DNA of 64,000 bases from Convolutriloba macropyga (GCF_964194025.1 NC_134475.1:21886001-21950000); one strand, 5' to 3'; shown: positions 22,828-36,592, counted from the first letter of the stretch. Notes: generated by a model from the letters alone, not told the origin. A program made the numbers and translations.

Positions 22828-24560
22828 GTGTCGTGTTTTCGTCTAAAGTATCGCACTTTTTTCAAATCTTTGCTTTCGATGAGAAGTCAAATTGAAGTAA
22901 TGATTTAGTCTCGCGAGAGCAGTAAGATGGGAAAAAGCGGGTAAATTTAACAAATTTCTTTTAAGGTGAATTTAGTAGACACTGTTTGAATATCTCTTTA
23001 GTTTTTAAGAGAATTTTTTCAGTTTTGGGAAATTGGTTTCCGTTCTCTCTATTTTTCTCTTCTTGTTGCACAAGCGCTTTTTAAAAGTAGTCAATATGTT
23101 CTGATGAGGCCATAATAATCTAAAGTGCATAACTTATATGCCCTAATTGCGCATCTAATGATTTTTATGACTTTCATGGTAGCTTTCACACTTTTAATTT
23201 TTTTAAAAGTTTTGCGCGTTACTTGTTGTTTGCTCTGTTGTCTTATCGTCCAGTTTCGTTAATAACAGCTTACATTGTCAGTTAAATGTGGCAATAAGCA
23301 CCAAAGATAAAACATTTTTAAGTTGAATTTTTAAAAAACAAAATCTTTTCAGATCCTTTTTCTATAATTCCAACTCTCACTCATTCGGCTAAAATGGTTT
23401 ATTTCAATTATATTAACAAACAATTGAGCTCCTATGAGCCACTATGACCAACTTCAAATTTATTAGGTGTTTAGATGCAATTTTATAAACAGTATATTTT
23501 CTTTTTCGACTTTTAATAGTCTATTGGACAATTTAGGATGAAGATAGCCCTCTTGTAAGTTTTATTATCTTTTCTATTTGTTTTGTTTAATATCTAAGTT
23601 GATTCTGTGTAGTCAAGTGTCTATTTCTGTGTTTTAATATGCCTTTAGAACTAACTTTTCTGTTGAATGAGATTTCTTAGACTAAGCTTTCAGTTGCCTT
23701 GCTATGATAAGCCACTTTGTTTTTAATGCAGCGGTTTCAACTCATGAGAATGGGTTCTCTTTAATACACTAATAATCTGTTGCGTTTATTGGGTCTATTC
23801 AATCATTGCTTTACCCTCTCTCGTATAGACAGTCACTAGCTAGATAAAAAAATTGCTTATTGCAAGCTCTCTTGATATTAAATCTGGAGACTCCCCAAAT
23901 GGTAGATTACTTCAAACAATTTTTTTTATGGCTGTCTCCATTATCTGCAGCTGTCTCGATATAAAATGCTTCATTGTATAAATTTAATTCTATAAAATCA
24001 TTCTATATAACTTTCTTTCTCCACTGTGTAAAATAACAATAGAAAAAAACTATCACGCGGTGTATTGAGAATAACTGTTTTGGGAGCCACAAAAAAGAAT
24101 ATACCAGAAAAATTAAATTTTCTGTATTTGCTTATAAAAACAGTTTATATTGATTTTTTCAATTGATCTTCATCTTTGTTTCAGAGAGACGTGAAACTCT
24201 AATTGAGTTTTTGATAATTAAGTCTCGTGTCGTGTTTTTGGTCTTAGGGACTTATTGCTCTTTTTTTCATTTTTTGCTCCGACTGAGAAGTCAAAGTGAA
24301 CTAGTGTTTTAGGTCTCACTAGCGGAATAAGAGGGGACAGAAAGCGGTTAAATTTAACAGATGAAAGTGTTATATAAACTGAAGTTGGAAAACAGTGTTT
24401 GAACAGATTTTTTAGTTTTTAGAATTTCATTTTTGGGAAATTGACTTCTGTTTTTCCTATTTTCTCTACTTGTTGCGCAAGCGGTTTTTAAATGCAATTA
24501 ATATGTTCTAATGAGCCAAAACTGCGTAACTTATGTGCCCTAGTTGAGCACCTAAAGACT
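22828..24560. repeat. Pair of old diverged direct repeats (~335 bp; ~22828-23160 and ~24227-24560)
   Basis: Collinear shared blocks gtgtcgtgtttt, tgagaagtcaaa, aaagcgg.taaatttaaca, gggaaattg, cttgttgc.caagcg, taacttat.tgcccta. Confidence 0.7.
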
Positions 24561-26199
24561 TTCCTCGTTTTCCCCGTTTCTGGTTGTTCGCTTTGGATTT
24601 TTTTTAAGTTTTTTTTTAGTTTCTTTTATAACACTTTCCAATGACATTTTAATGAGGCAAAAAACAGACCAGAGATTTTTTTTACAACAATGTATTATTT
24701 ACATAACTTTACATAACTTAAATTTTTGAATCTTGCCCGCATTCGGTTATTGTTGTTGTCCTATTAGTTACTCTCTCTAATGAGTGGCACTCTTTGCTTT
24801 CTAGAAGAAAAAAGACAATACTTTATGAAGGTTTCTTTTTATAGTTTTTTTTGTTCTAGCAGTATGCATTTTTAATTTTTAACTGAATCTATGAGTTTTA
24901 GTTGTATTTGTTTTTATTTTTCTGATCCCATCTTTTAATGTCAGTCAATGGAAATCCCATTGGCTTTCTATGGAGTCTTTATTTAACTTTATTTTTGTGG
25001 TTATATAATAGCTAATGGCTTTGAGACTTTCAATTGTTTTTCAAAATTTTAATTGATTTTTGAATTTTTTGTTGTTTTTCTGTTGCCCTGCCCCCTAGTC
25101 TCATAACGCAAATTACAAATCTTTGGCAATATTAGTTTTCAGTGAGACTCCAGACCATCTTTTAGTTTCGTTCGTATTTGTTCATTTTTGTTGTATCCGT
25201 TTTATCTCGTAATATTCACAAAAATGGGTTCATCGACCATCTAAAGCGACATAACTTCAATCGTTTACTCCTGTCAGCTTGTAGCTACTGGTTCGATTGA
25301 TTGACACATCGTGTGCTTTTGAACAGTTTAAGGGAATTTCCGATATTTTGCGTTAAATTATTGTTGGTTTTGTAACTTTCGCCATAAGCGAAACTTGTAA
25401 TGAATGTCGTTCACTTCGTGAAAATAAAAATCTCGATCCATTCAAATTTATGGATAAAGAGTTTTGTTGTTCAGTGTCTTCTGGACTACATTCATAAAAA
25501 TAAATTTTGCTATATTTGTCTGTTTTTTAATGGTTAATGATAATTTGCGGTCTGTTCGTTTTCCGGAAAAAATTCAATATATGTCTTTTTTTTCTTTATT
25601 TTGGCGCCAGTGAGCGTGTTTGCATTTTGTTCTGCGAAATTGCGTGCGCAGTGTTATGAAACACTTTTTGGTGCAAGTTTCTGTTCTTTTATGTGAAAAT
25701 CTCCAGTTAAACGTGATTTACCCCATTCTCAATTAAAATATCGTAAGCAGTAGAATCGTTTTTCTTTATTTAACAGGTTTTATTCGTTTTTATCGTTTTT
25801 TAGGCTAAATCTGTAAAAAATACCAACTATGTTGAATCGATTTTCAAATTGCTTTTTTATTAAATCTTTCAAAAATAAATCTTTATAATAATCTTTCAAA
25901 AATATATTTTTATTTTCATGGATTTTTTTGTGGCTGACTGACACCATAAAATTTTATTGCATTTCATGTCACATTCAAAGTTAAAATTTAATTTTAATAT
26001 GTAAACTTTTAGATAAATGATATTATTTGCCTGAGGGGTTTTCCAGTATTAAAAAATGCATTATTGGCGAACTCACTATTAAGAGTCCCATTGTCTCTTC
26101 TAGTACTTTTTGCAACCTCTAGGGCAACCGTTCTTCTTCTCCAAAATGGTTTTTTAACTGATTAGAACCAAAGATTTCATTGACGTTAGAAGACCAGAA

Positions 26200-27560
26200 A
26201 AATCATACCAGTGATTAGTCTTCTTATTTAACTGCTGTTTGCAAGAAAATGTTTCCAATATTGGCTTGTGTTCAAATAGGTTGCTCCCGGAAACGTAGAA
26301 GTGTGCAAGAAAATTGTTTGTCTGGCACTTTGGGCGACAGGATGCTGTTTGAAGTGTTGCGACGAATTTTTTAAGCTGCTTTGGCGACTTGCTGTAATTC
26401 TACTGGCTTAATAGGACATTCAACAAGGACACTCGGCAGATAGTAGTTTTTGCTTGAGTCTGTCAAAAAGGTTTGACTCTATCTACCACTGAGGGTGAGA
26501 GCATTGTTGAGTCTTCTGTTCTTAGCTTTTGAGTTTACTCAGAGAGCAGTAGTAGTAGGCAACTATCTTTAAGAGTTACCTGGTCCATTTTTCGGGAAAA
26601 TGTTCAACGCATTTTTGTCTTCTTCCGAAAAATGTTTCCTTGGGTTTCTTTGTTGTCAATTGTTCTTAAAAGCTCAATGAAATCGCTCATTTTCGAATCT
26701 CTTTTCTTGTCTTGAGACTTGGTAAAAAAGTGTTTTGCGAGTATAAGCATGCTTGTGGCTCGTTTATTCAGTAAGGTTTAGAGATATTTCGTTCTACTTG
26801 TTATGGACCTGCCCATTTTGAGTTCCATGTCAAAGGGCCGCTTCGGGGTAGGATTTCCAGCGGTCACGTCAAAGCAAAAGTGTTTACGCCTCAAAGGGCC
26901 CGAGTTTTACCACCAGCAACTTGCGGAAAAATGAATGTGAGACAGATTGTTGAATCTGTAGCATTGTCGTTTCATTTCAAATATGTATGCTGGTGTTAAT
27001 TTCTGATGTGATGTATACACAAGGCTTTTTAAAGTTTTGTGTTGAGAACTTGTGAGGTTAGGGCATGTTGCTTTGAGTTTTGACATATTGAAACGTTTGA
27101 AGTTTTTTCTCTTCGCAGGTAAGAGGGGAAATATTCATTAGCATGTCTAGCAACAATGTTAACAGACTGCTGTGTATTTTAGTCGTAAAAGTTGAGAATC
27201 TTACCGCCTTTTACAGATGATATCTTGACTCAACTGCGGTAGTTCGTAATAATCATTATAATAGGCAGGGTTTTGATTGACACACAGAATTTTGATTGTT
27301 TGCTCTGAAGTCCACTGTTGGGTAATTTGTTCGTTTGCAGCTGCAAATGCATGTCCCTAGCGGTTTTTGTGTAGTTGGCTCCTGTTTGGTGGATTAATTT
27401 CGACTTTTCGACGGCAGTACTTTTCAGATGCTGCAGTTAAGGATTCAAAAAGAGTGCAATTTTTGTTGTTTTGATTGTCTGTGCAGGGTAGTGTGACGGC
27501 AACCATTTCAAAGTTAACCATTTTTTTAGGAGCGTTGAAATTGGTAATTAAAGAAATGGT
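26200..27560 (-). mobile_element. Heavily decayed relic related to the element at 28750-31650 (probably BEL/Pao), opposite orientation
   Basis: The reverse complement of 27200-27530 aligns by eye with 28755-29060 (aaaaaaatggt.aacttt, gtcac.ctaccct, aaattacccaacagtg, ccgca.ttgag, tcatctgtaaaa), and 26221-26250 with 29200-29230. Confidence 0.55.
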
Positions 27561-28749
27561 CATTTTTCAATTGGTTTTTGCTTATTGATGAATAACTGGT
27601 TGATAAATTGATTTTTAAAATCAACAACTGTTATCTTTCCTGTGTTGACATTTTTCGGTCATGGCGACAAATAGTTGTTTTGTTTTTGAGTAAGGAGAAG
27701 GGTGAGAGAGAAAGATTATTCTTCGCCAGGAGTCGTTTTTCGCGGTTTGATGGTAATTTGCCAAACGTCTTTTCCGATGTTCCTTAGCTGATTAACTAAA
27801 TGTTAGTTCTGGTTGAAACTTTGGTTTATATGACTTTCATTAACTGGAAAGAACAAAATTTTTGATTGAAGTGGATTTGAGGACTTGAAATTTGTTCACA
27901 GTAATGGCTTGCTCGCTATTTATAGTGTTATAAATTTTGACCTCGCAGTTCTGATTGAAAGCTCCTGTTGAAAGCTACGCGATACTGTTTGGAGCGTGTA
28001 CTCTCTCTTCATCAAAGCAAATTTTTACGTGCACCTTTGTTGTTGCTTTTGTCATGAGCATTGGGCTTTGGCGGTCGGTGTGAATGTCGAGATATTAAAA
28101 AGCGTGAGAACTATAATTGTTTTGAAAAAAAACAGCAAAGAAATCTGCGTTGTTTGAGTCAGTTGCGCGCTATGACTCTTATTGGCTCATAAAAGCATTA
28201 ACGCATTAACTACGACACAAGGGATTCCAAATGAGTTCACCAGTTCATTCGGAGTTGTATCATATGAACTGGATTACATGAGTACGACTCAATGATTTGT
28301 TTTTTTTTACCAGAGACGGTTTTCCAGGGTTACATGATCCGGTGAGAGTCATTTACGCTAGTATTGCTGTGTACCACAGAAATGAAGTTGTTGATAAATT
28401 CCTGGTATTCCATAGCACTGCCATTAACTGCGGCAATGATAACTTAAGTAATTTGATAGCGTGCTTTATACCTGCAAGATTGCTTACAAAATATTTTTGC
28501 AGCGGTTTTCTTTATCTTGTTGCAAAAATATTGCGTGAAAAAAATTAAAATTGTTCGATTATGATAAACCTTTTTGTTTATTCCAGCAGTTCATAAAAAA
28601 ACTGGCACAGTTTGATTCTTGTTATGGTTTCCGTGACCAATTTTTGCCACTAGAGGCATCTGATTTCCATGAGAAAGGACTGCTAAACAATTTTTGGCTG
28701 CGTTTGGAGGTCTGAGTTGTTGATTTTTCTGTTACTTTTCAACTATCCT

Positions 28750-31650
28750 TCTCAAAAAAATGGTCAACTTTGGAATGGTTGAGGTCACGCTACCCTAAAC
28801 AAACAATCAACAAGAAGAATTGACCTCATTTTGAATTCTTTGCAGCAATAGCTCAAAAATTTAAGTCAAAAATTTCAAGTGAGACCAAAAAATTGCGCAA
28901 ATTTTACAAAAGCCGCTAAGGACGAATAAATTACCCAACAGTGAAATCTCGACACCAGAGCATTCAATCAAATATTTTTGTGTCAACAATAAACTCGTCA
29001 CCTCATATTAATTGGTATAAACCACCGCAATTGAGGCAAGGTGTCATCTGTAAAACACTTGGTGCTAGTTTATGTTCTATTGTGTTGGAAATTTTTTTCG
29101 GTCGTGCGTGCTTCACCCCACTCTCATTAAAAAATCAAAGTATTAGAAAAACGCCTTTTTTGTACCGGACACCATATAACTTTTTGAACTTTTTTGAACC
29201 ATTTTTTGCAAACAGCAGTTAAACAAGAAGATTGATTACTTGTCTCATTTATCTGATCTTCTAATGGCATTGATATCTTTTACTTGATATCTTAATTGAT
29301 ATCTTTTGAGTTCTAAACAGTTACAAAAAACATTTTTGCGCTTTATGAATTACGGTTGACTTTGAGGCTGAAAAGAGTACTAGAAAAAAACGAGGCTCTG
29401 TAATGTAAGTTCGCCAATGATGCATGTTTTATTCGTACCAAAAAACCCTCAGACAGAGAAAGATTGTTTTAATTGACGTTAAAGTTGGATTTTGAGATTG
29501 AATGTCTCAAAAAACATATCCGAAATAATTTTAGCAAATACAAAGGAACTTTACATGAAGGATTACGCCCCTTAATTGCCACAGTTTTCAGAAGCAGAAG
29601 AAATTGCACAGCAATTTAAACAAAGTTTCGTAAATCAGGGTCTCCAATTGCCAAACTACTCTTCAATTCTCCAATAGTCGTTGAAACTTTCCCTTGAAAG
29701 ATTTGAAATAACCATAAAAAATCAAACCCATAAATAAGGACACCAGACAAAAATGACGACACCTAACTGAAGACAAGTTTTCGATAAAATCGGATTATTA
29801 TTTCAAAAAACGTGGAAATTCTATACGCAAACAACGAAATTCATTTTTGCACCATCCATTTTTGACAAAATTGACGTTTTTTGATCGGGTACTTTTGAAT
29901 TGAAATTCTTGTGCAAACAACTATGACAAAACAGTTTGAAATTGGACACCAGATTAGAAAAAAAATTATAAAAAAACGTTAAAAAAATTAAACGTAAAAT
30001 CTGTTTCAGAATGTCATGCATTCAACTACTTTGAGCCTTCGGTTGATCAACTTCAACTGACTCTGAAATTGATAAACATGCTTTACAAATACTTCTACAG
30101 CTAAGCTGGCAGCTGTATTTTATGTCAACATAAACCACATTTGGACCAATCTTTTTGTCGGTTAATGGAAAGCAACTCCGTTGAATCGCTTCTAAAACGA
30201 AACATGAGCTTTTTTCTCTAACCGCCTGAAAGAAATACACGCAAAGTTCAGTCCTGTTTAATGGCATTATGAACCTATTCCCCAGAATCTGGTTGACGAC
30301 GGAAAACTCAGCCTAGAGAAAAATCAAATAAACTCAAAATGGCAACAAGATTCAGAATTCTTTAAAAAAGACCACTTCGGCTGGTGGTTTGCATCTAACA
30401 AAAGATTTCAAGGTAGCATTTAAGCGAAAGCCAAGCAACTCAAACCTATTATGGAGTTGAAAAGATTGAGATCCTTGACAAAATTTTTGCTCGCAAAAAT
30501 AATTTTCTTTATATTACTGTTTTAATTCAAAAACGTAACACAACCTGAGAGACCTATTTCACTTCCCGTGATTTTCTCTGTTCACTGCAAAATTTCATAG
30601 AATTTTTGTCGTAAAAAGTTGTCCGATCTGTAATTCAGTCAATCAAAGGTTGACCAAACCAGACTCTAAAGGCAAAATACATTAATTGAACCCATGTTTG
30701 ATAAAAGCGGACCCCTTAGCACACATGTATTGTATCAATTTTTTTCTCCTTTTTGGCAACATAGGGAGGTTATTCATTTGGTCCCTTGTACTCCAATGCC
30801 ACAAAAGACAAGCTCACTAAACAGTACCACCAATTTAAACTTTCATTGTTATCCGTGCGGCCCAAAACTTTTATGTGTTGATTTGAATGCGGACACTTTT
30901 AGCAACGCTCTCCGACTCTAGGCACCGCAAAGATGGAAAGATAAGGAAACCAGAGGACAACAGCAAAACGTTTAGTGGATTCATGAAGTTGAGGAAATGA
31001 GCGCAAAAGCTGCATTCCTTATCCTTGGCATTTAACGCCTGAGGAGATTTACTAAAGAATGCATTTCGAAAGTTCAAGGCACCAAACGGGCAACACTTTG
31101 GGGTGCCTGGAAAAGAACGGTTGATACAAAATACCAAAGAGATCATCTTGAGCATTTTATGCGGCATAAGGCTAACTTCATATGTCCTTATCAAAATATT
31201 TGTTGAAACCAAAATCTTAGGGAAACCTGGACCCTCGACAAATGTAGCTGCCGTACCAGAAAAGGAAGAACCAATCAATCCCAATGACTTCGGTTCCGAA
31301 ACGCTAGACCTCTCTGCTGACAGGAGAATTCACATTAACAAACCCAGTGAACTTCAAACCACGGAAGAGCTCCCAACGAATAAATAATCACATCTGGGGG
31401 CGTCTCGTTAAAGATTTCTTACCCACGTTGACGAATAAAGAAAAATGATCAGCACAGAGTGCTTCGCTGAAATTGGTGAACTATTATGAGCACTCAAGGT
31501 CTTGACACCACGAGGGATAGGGCCTCATGGGAAACGGACCCCGTGGATATTGCAAGGAAATGATGGCTGTGGACGGAGTTGTCGAGGAAAAATTGAGGTA
31601 TGGTACCTGCGTTAGCCCCGTAACCAATTTCGCAACTTTTTTGGCTGACT
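28750..31650 (+). mobile_element. Old decayed BEL/Pao retrotransposon relic (integrase still recognisable at ~30750-31630)
   Basis: DLNADTFSNALR, DNSKTF, ERLIQNTKEIILSILCGIRLT...FVETKIL...PSTNVAAVPEKEEPINPNDF and LKVLTPRGIGPHG...YGTCVSPV are collinear with the BEL integrase at 8683-9485. Confidence 0.8.
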
Positions 31651-32326
31651 AGCCGTCTCCTTTTCTCGAATAAGAAATTTAGGCAACGAGTGCAGTGGTT
31701 TGACAAATTTTATATCCTATTCCCCTTAGAGCAAGTTGATGATTCATCAATTCAAGATGGCTGACCGCCTGTATTGAGAACCTTAATACTATAACAGCCA
31801 AAAAAGTAGGAACATGGCTCTTATATAAACCAGTAACTGTCCGCTAAAAAAGATTGAAGATTAAATGTACGAATTCAGCTTACAGCAAATGTATCTTTTG
31901 AAGTTTGAGGACAGACCCAAAGGAAAAGAGCAAGGTCCATGCGTGAAAAAATTTTTACGCAACTCAGGAAGAGACGGTTGCTTGACTTTACACTCGATTT
32001 TTTTTTGCAAAAAATATCAATAAAATGATGCATATTCATTTACCTTAATTTCACTTACTTCATTTTTCCGAGAAATCACTAAAAAATAAGGTAATTGGAT
32101 TTCTAATGAACTTTTATGTCAGAACTAATTTCAAAGCTGAATAGAGTTCACAGTTGTTTTCAGAAATGGAGATTTGAGATTGTAAAATTGTGATTGGAAT
32201 TTTCTTTTGCCAACGAATGCAATAGAACATTGTCAATTAGCAATTGAACTCATTTATATTGTTTACTAACAATATTACAAGTTTATCAAAGATACAAGTT
32301 TTTAAGCAAAAGTTGACCATTTGCAG

Positions 32327-32827
32327 CTACCTTTTTCCCGTAAGTTTGGCCAGGATAATTGTTGACACTATAACGTTTATTGTAACAAACAGACACATAA
32401 CAAATCTGTTCAATCGTTGTCCGATCCGCATCCATTCGTTTCGTTTCTCGTGACGCACTCTCTCCTTGTTGAAATGAGTCACAATGTTCACCAAATTTTG
32501 TTCAATTCTTTCCAATAACTCGGAATTGTTGCCCAAAATTAGCTCATCATTTCGTTTTTTCGCATTTTTGTCAATCATGGGAAAATTTTGTCGCAATGGT
32601 GGCGGCATTTTATCAACACAAGTGTCTTCCAGTTGAACAAACTGAGGCGTTTTCCCGTGAAACGTTGCGAATTCATGAACAGATTGTCGAGGTTGTCTAA
32701 CTGGTAGTGATTTGCAGTTTTGTTCACCCAATTCCCACGTTTTATTCACGTGGAAGTTATAGATGTAGCCTTCCTTAGTAGCAGCTGCAGGACAAGTCAC
32801 AGTAAAGCGCCGACAAGGCGTCTCCAG
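32327..32827 (-). CDS. Cys-loop ligand-gated ion channel (nAChR-like), last exon: cytoplasmic loop, MA helix, M4
   Basis: Acceptor ttattttcag, phase 0. LETPCRRF...LLERIEQNLVNIVTHFNKERVRHEKRNEWMRIGQRLNRFVMCLFVTINVIVSTIILAKLTGKR* matches the MA/M4 pattern (EWxxxAxxLDR plus a hydrophobic helix). Confidence 0.85.
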   Translation of the reverse strand: METPCRRFTVTCPAAATKEGYIYNFHVNKTWELGEQNCKSLPVRQPRQSVHEFATFHGKTPQFVQLEDTCVDKMPPPLRQNFPMIDKNAKKRNDELILGNNSELLERIEQNLVNIVTHFNKERVRHEKRNEWMRIGQRLNRFVMCLFVTINVIVSTIILAKLTGKR

Positions 32828-33245
32828 CTGAAAATAACAAAAAATGAAGGAAAATCACAGCAGGTCATGTCCTGAAGCGCAATCTGAGAAATAGCTAACA
32901 GCGTTAAAGCTTTCAAATGAGACTAAAGAATTCTCAGGCTAAGTCTCCACAAATATCTCCAGTTTATTTTGTTGCAAATAGTGCAGAATTTTGAGTCAAA
33001 TTTTGAACTCAGATTGTTTTATTTTTGGTACGTGACAAAAATGAATTTGGTTTTGATCGATTATCCGGTTTTGCGGTGAATATCGGTGAAAACGTTGCGG
33101 TGAATATTGGTGAAAAAAATGCGGCAACGAACCCGCATCTTTTACCAATGAATCTGGTGAATTTTTGTAAGATTTGCGGTTCTTAGCGGTGAAATTTTTT
33201 ATTTCCACCGCATTCACTGGAATTCTTAGCAAAAGATCCTGCCAT

Positions 33246-33305
33246 GCACGAGTTCGAACCTCTAAATTCCTGAATGTCAACCACATCTTCCTCCACTGCG
33301 CCACC
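33246..33305 (-). mobile_element. tRNA-derived SINE head (Pol III A and B boxes)
   Basis: Minus strand: ggTGGCGCAGTGG (A box) ... aGGTTCGAACTCg (B box). No complete cloverleaf. Embedded in a region of gcggtgaa repeats (33060-33560). Confidence 0.55.
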
Positions 33306-34800
33306 CATCACTCACTTTTAGGTTATTTCTTTGGATTTTAAATCAGATTCACTCCGTTTCATGGAAAACATGCGTTAAAATTTTTTTAAGAGTTACGCTT
33401 TTTAACGGCGAAACAATATACTTCACCGCTACCAACCAGGGCTTTTGAAAATTTAAGACATCACTGATAGAAACCGCAAATCTTACAATTGTAAACCGCA
33501 AAAAATTAAAATGTGCGGTTTCTCAGCGCTGAAATTTTCATTTCCAGTATCTTCACTCAGTGCTCAAAATGGTATTTCTTGCAACCATTCACACTATTCA
33601 CCGTAACTTTTGTGTTCATTTTGTTTCGCGTGAGAAGTTTATCGATGCTCTAGTTCGAATCATTCCCTCGTTGAGATGTCAACGCTAAAAAATGCTATTA
33701 AATTTAACACTTGCGGTTAATGCTGCTAACGATGGGAAAAATTGAAAATTGTTGCAATGAATGCGTTGAATAAAAATCACAGTTAACAACCGCTGATCCT
33801 ATAAAAATCGAACCCATATTTTTCGCCATAAATTTTAATGAATCTGATATAAATTCAAATGAAATCTAATGTCAGCAACTAATTGATACAGTTGTGGAAA
33901 AATGCGACTGCTAAGAAAAAGGACAATGATTTGAATCAAGGTCGTGCTGTTAATTTTTGTAAGAATTGCGGTAAAATCGGTGACAATAATTATAATAAAA
34001 AGGGTATGTATTTCATTGCAAGACGACTTGTACCTATACTGAAAGCACCTGTGGAATGCTTCCCCAGAAAATTGAAGCAGATAGAGTTAAAAAGATGGCA
34101 AGTATACATGTTAGCATTGGCATGTTTATTTCCAACTTTCCAGGTTGTAGTACACAGGTACTACTTTCCAACGTTTGCACTGTTAGCCTTCAATAAATGC
34201 CTATCGTTCATAAATGCGTATTTCTTAACTTATTTAATTTTAAGAATATCTTTAAACATGTAAACGTGATGGTTTGAGAAACTGCACAGACCCCAGCAGA
34301 ACATATTTTACCAGAACTTACCTTTTTCGAGGAATTCATCGCTAAAAAGAAGCGTGGGCTCTTTGCGTTGAACGATTTCTACCGATATTCAACGCAATCT
34401 TTCTTTGGTTGAAGAAAATGTAAATAATCGCCAGTACTTCAGTTTTCAATGTTAGAAGTTTAGTGTTCTCGATTACCTACGATTGAAACCAAAGATACCG
34501 ACTAAATTCTACGTTTTGAAACACATCATATCGACGATTTCTCACGTTTGAAAAATGGACATAGCGACGATACCAAAGAAAACACGTAAGGACTTTGTCT
34601 AATTCAAATCCAACACACCGACCTTTTACTACGGTTATAAACCACACTTTCCGCAGTAGGGAAATCTTACATTTTTTCTCTGTAAATTATCCAACTGGGT
34701 TTACATCAGCCAGAGGCAAATTTTGTTCAAATATATTATCAAATTTGGTGTACAATCAGAAGCCTTGAATGTCGTTTTCCAGACCTAACGGCAAGTCAAT

Positions 34801-35392
34801 ATCAGTGCGGGGCAAATCTAATTGCAAGTCAAATATCAGTACTGATCCAGAGCTCTGATCAACTCACTTTTTACACTTGTAAGTCTGTGCATTTTTTGGC
34901 CAAGACTTGCAATTCTAAATCCAAGACTTGGCAAAGACTTGCAAGTCTAAATTCAAGTTTTGGCCAAGACTTGGCGAGGTTAAATCTAAGTCTTGGTGTT
35001 AAAAAGAGTCCTAAAAACGTCAAAAACAGCCGGAAAACTTCAAAAACAGCGGAAAAAAACGTCAAAATAGCCAAAACGTCAGAAACACCCAATTTGAACC
35101 CATTTGACCTCCCCAGGTCCCCTGGTATCAGTTGGTATCAGTTTTCAGGGCCCCCGATAAAGTGGCTGAAAATTAACGCAAAAGTTGTGACACGTTACGA
35201 AATTTTTCAGAATTCAAAATTTTGATTAAAAAAGTCGAAAAGTTGGCTTTGACTTGGGAGTCAACTTGGCCAAGACTTGCAAGTCTAAATCCAAGTCTTG
35301 GCCAAGACTTGCAAGACACGTAAGACTTGTATTGAGACTTGCCCAGCGCTGATATAGTAAATAACACTTGCATTTAGACTTGGCCAGTACTG
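34801..35392. mobile_element. Non-autonomous TIR element (MITE) with internal ccaagacttg repeats
   Basis: Left end atcagtgcggggcaaatctaattgcaagt versus right end reverse complement atcagtactggccaagtctaaatgcaagt. Many subterminal caagacttg/caagtcttg motifs. Confidence 0.65.
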
Positions 35393-35551
35393 ATTAAAAC
35401 TTGTAGTTCTGTACGGGTTGTTTTTGGCGGAGACTGCAATTGAGAAAATAACAAACAATGCCCACTTTGCGGCACCATATTTTAAAGAACTTTGTCACAT
35501 ACTCCTCTCTCGCCCAACCAAATAATTTCACACATTTTGCTTAGAATTGTG

Positions 35552-35651
35552 AGTAGTAAGTAAATACTGTCTCAAGAGAGGGGGGGGGGGGTTATCCTAC
35601 GATACTTAAACATGGGATAATAGGGGGTTATCCTAGACGGAAAGAGATTAA
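35552..35651 (+). repeat. Left terminal inverted repeat of the Polinton
   Basis: agtagtaagtaaatactgtctcaagagag(G)nttatcctacgatacttaaacatgggataatagggggttatcctagacggaaagagattaa. Confidence 0.95.
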
Positions 35652-35726
35652 GGGGATTAGGCGGCCTTGAAACTCATTTTTCCGCCATGACAACCCTAGC
35701 GACGGTTGATTTGAAAGCTATTCACA

Positions 35727-36104
35727 ATGGAAATTTACAAGGAATCGAAAAAAGATTATTTTCAATACGGTGAAAGGTTTCTTTATTTCTTGGCAACATG
35801 TCAGTACTTGGATCCTGATCTTGATTTGGATATTGCGATGAAAATGAGACCCTATGGTGGACTGATTGGTATTGATAATTCGTCTCTGTACAAGTATTTC
35901 AAGTCTTACAAAATTTTGAGTTTGCATGCTACACTTCACGACGCTTCAGGTTTTGTCTTTGAATATAGTGAAAAAGGGCCGGGCTATTCGTATGTCCTAC
36001 TGTGTCCAGTGACAAACGAGTATCTTGGTCACGTGACAGGACTTGCCTTCTGTCTATATGTAAAGACTTTTAAAAGCAATTTATTCAGTTTGCTGGAATG
36101 TTGA
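35727..36104 (+). CDS. Polinton accessory protein with an HxxxHD motif (possibly PLA2-like)
   Basis: Intact 125-aa ORF, the first gene after the TIR; LHATLHDASG, GPGYSY, LGHVTG. The function is inferred only. Confidence 0.5.
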   Translation: MEIYKESKKDYFQYGERFLYFLATCQYLDPDLDLDIAMKMRPYGGLIGIDNSSLYKYFKSYKILSLHATLHDASGFVFEYSEKGPGYSYVLLCPVTNEYLGHVTGLAFCLYVKTFKSNLFSLLEC

Positions 36105-36589
36105 AATCAAGACCAGTTGTTCTTGATTTTGAAGGCTTTCGACATAAAAAGTCTGGTTTTATTATCAAAGAACTAGCTGTTTGGACAGAAAATTATTGCG
36201 ATACTTTGTCTTTTTTACCCCCAACTTCATTCAACAAACTGTCTTCGAGTGAGAGACGATCATACAGTTGGGTGTCAAAATATCTCCATGGTTTGAATTG
36301 GGAGAGTGGAGATTATCCACATTGTTATTTGCAACAAATTTTTGATAGCATAGCACTCCGATTTCCCTTGGCAACTTTTTATGCAAAGGGAACAGAAAAA
36401 ACAGAAATTATTCAGAAACTTCTCAAAAAGGACGTTATCAATTTAGAGACTTTATTATGTCCAAAAATTGAAAATTTGAAATTTTTTCACGAGACACCAA
36501 TTTGTACTTTACATGTTTTAAGCTGTCCTAAGCGGCAAAGAAATCAACAATGTGCAAGAAAAAAAGCTACCTTTTTTACTTGTGGCTAA
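36098..36589 (+). CDS. DEDD/DnaQ-like 3'-5' exonuclease-fold accessory protein (3' end probably frameshifted)
   Basis: VVLDFEGF...FIIKELA (ExoI DxE), HGLNWESGD, YAKGTEK, INLE and C-terminal CxxH...CA; a pattern seen in Polinton accessory nucleases. Confidence 0.75.
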   Translation: MLKSRPVVLDFEGFRHKKSGFIIKELAVWTENYCDTLSFLPPTSFNKLSSSERRSYSWVSKYLHGLNWESGDYPHCYLQQIFDSIALRFPLATFYAKGTEKTEIIQKLLKKDVINLETLLCPKIENLKFFHETPICTLHVLSCPKRQRNQQCARKKATFFTCG

Positions 36590-36592
36590 CGA

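Noticed and set aside
33246-33305. Possible tRNA gene
   Set aside because: A and B boxes are present but no acceptor/anticodon stems can be formed; treated as a SINE head.
34322-34378. Possible extra phase-0 mini-exon of the channel (KSFNAKSPRFFLAMNSSKK) before a GTAAGT donor
   Set aside because: The acceptor lacks a pyrimidine tract and the flanking exons already join in frame; it cannot be supported without RNA data.
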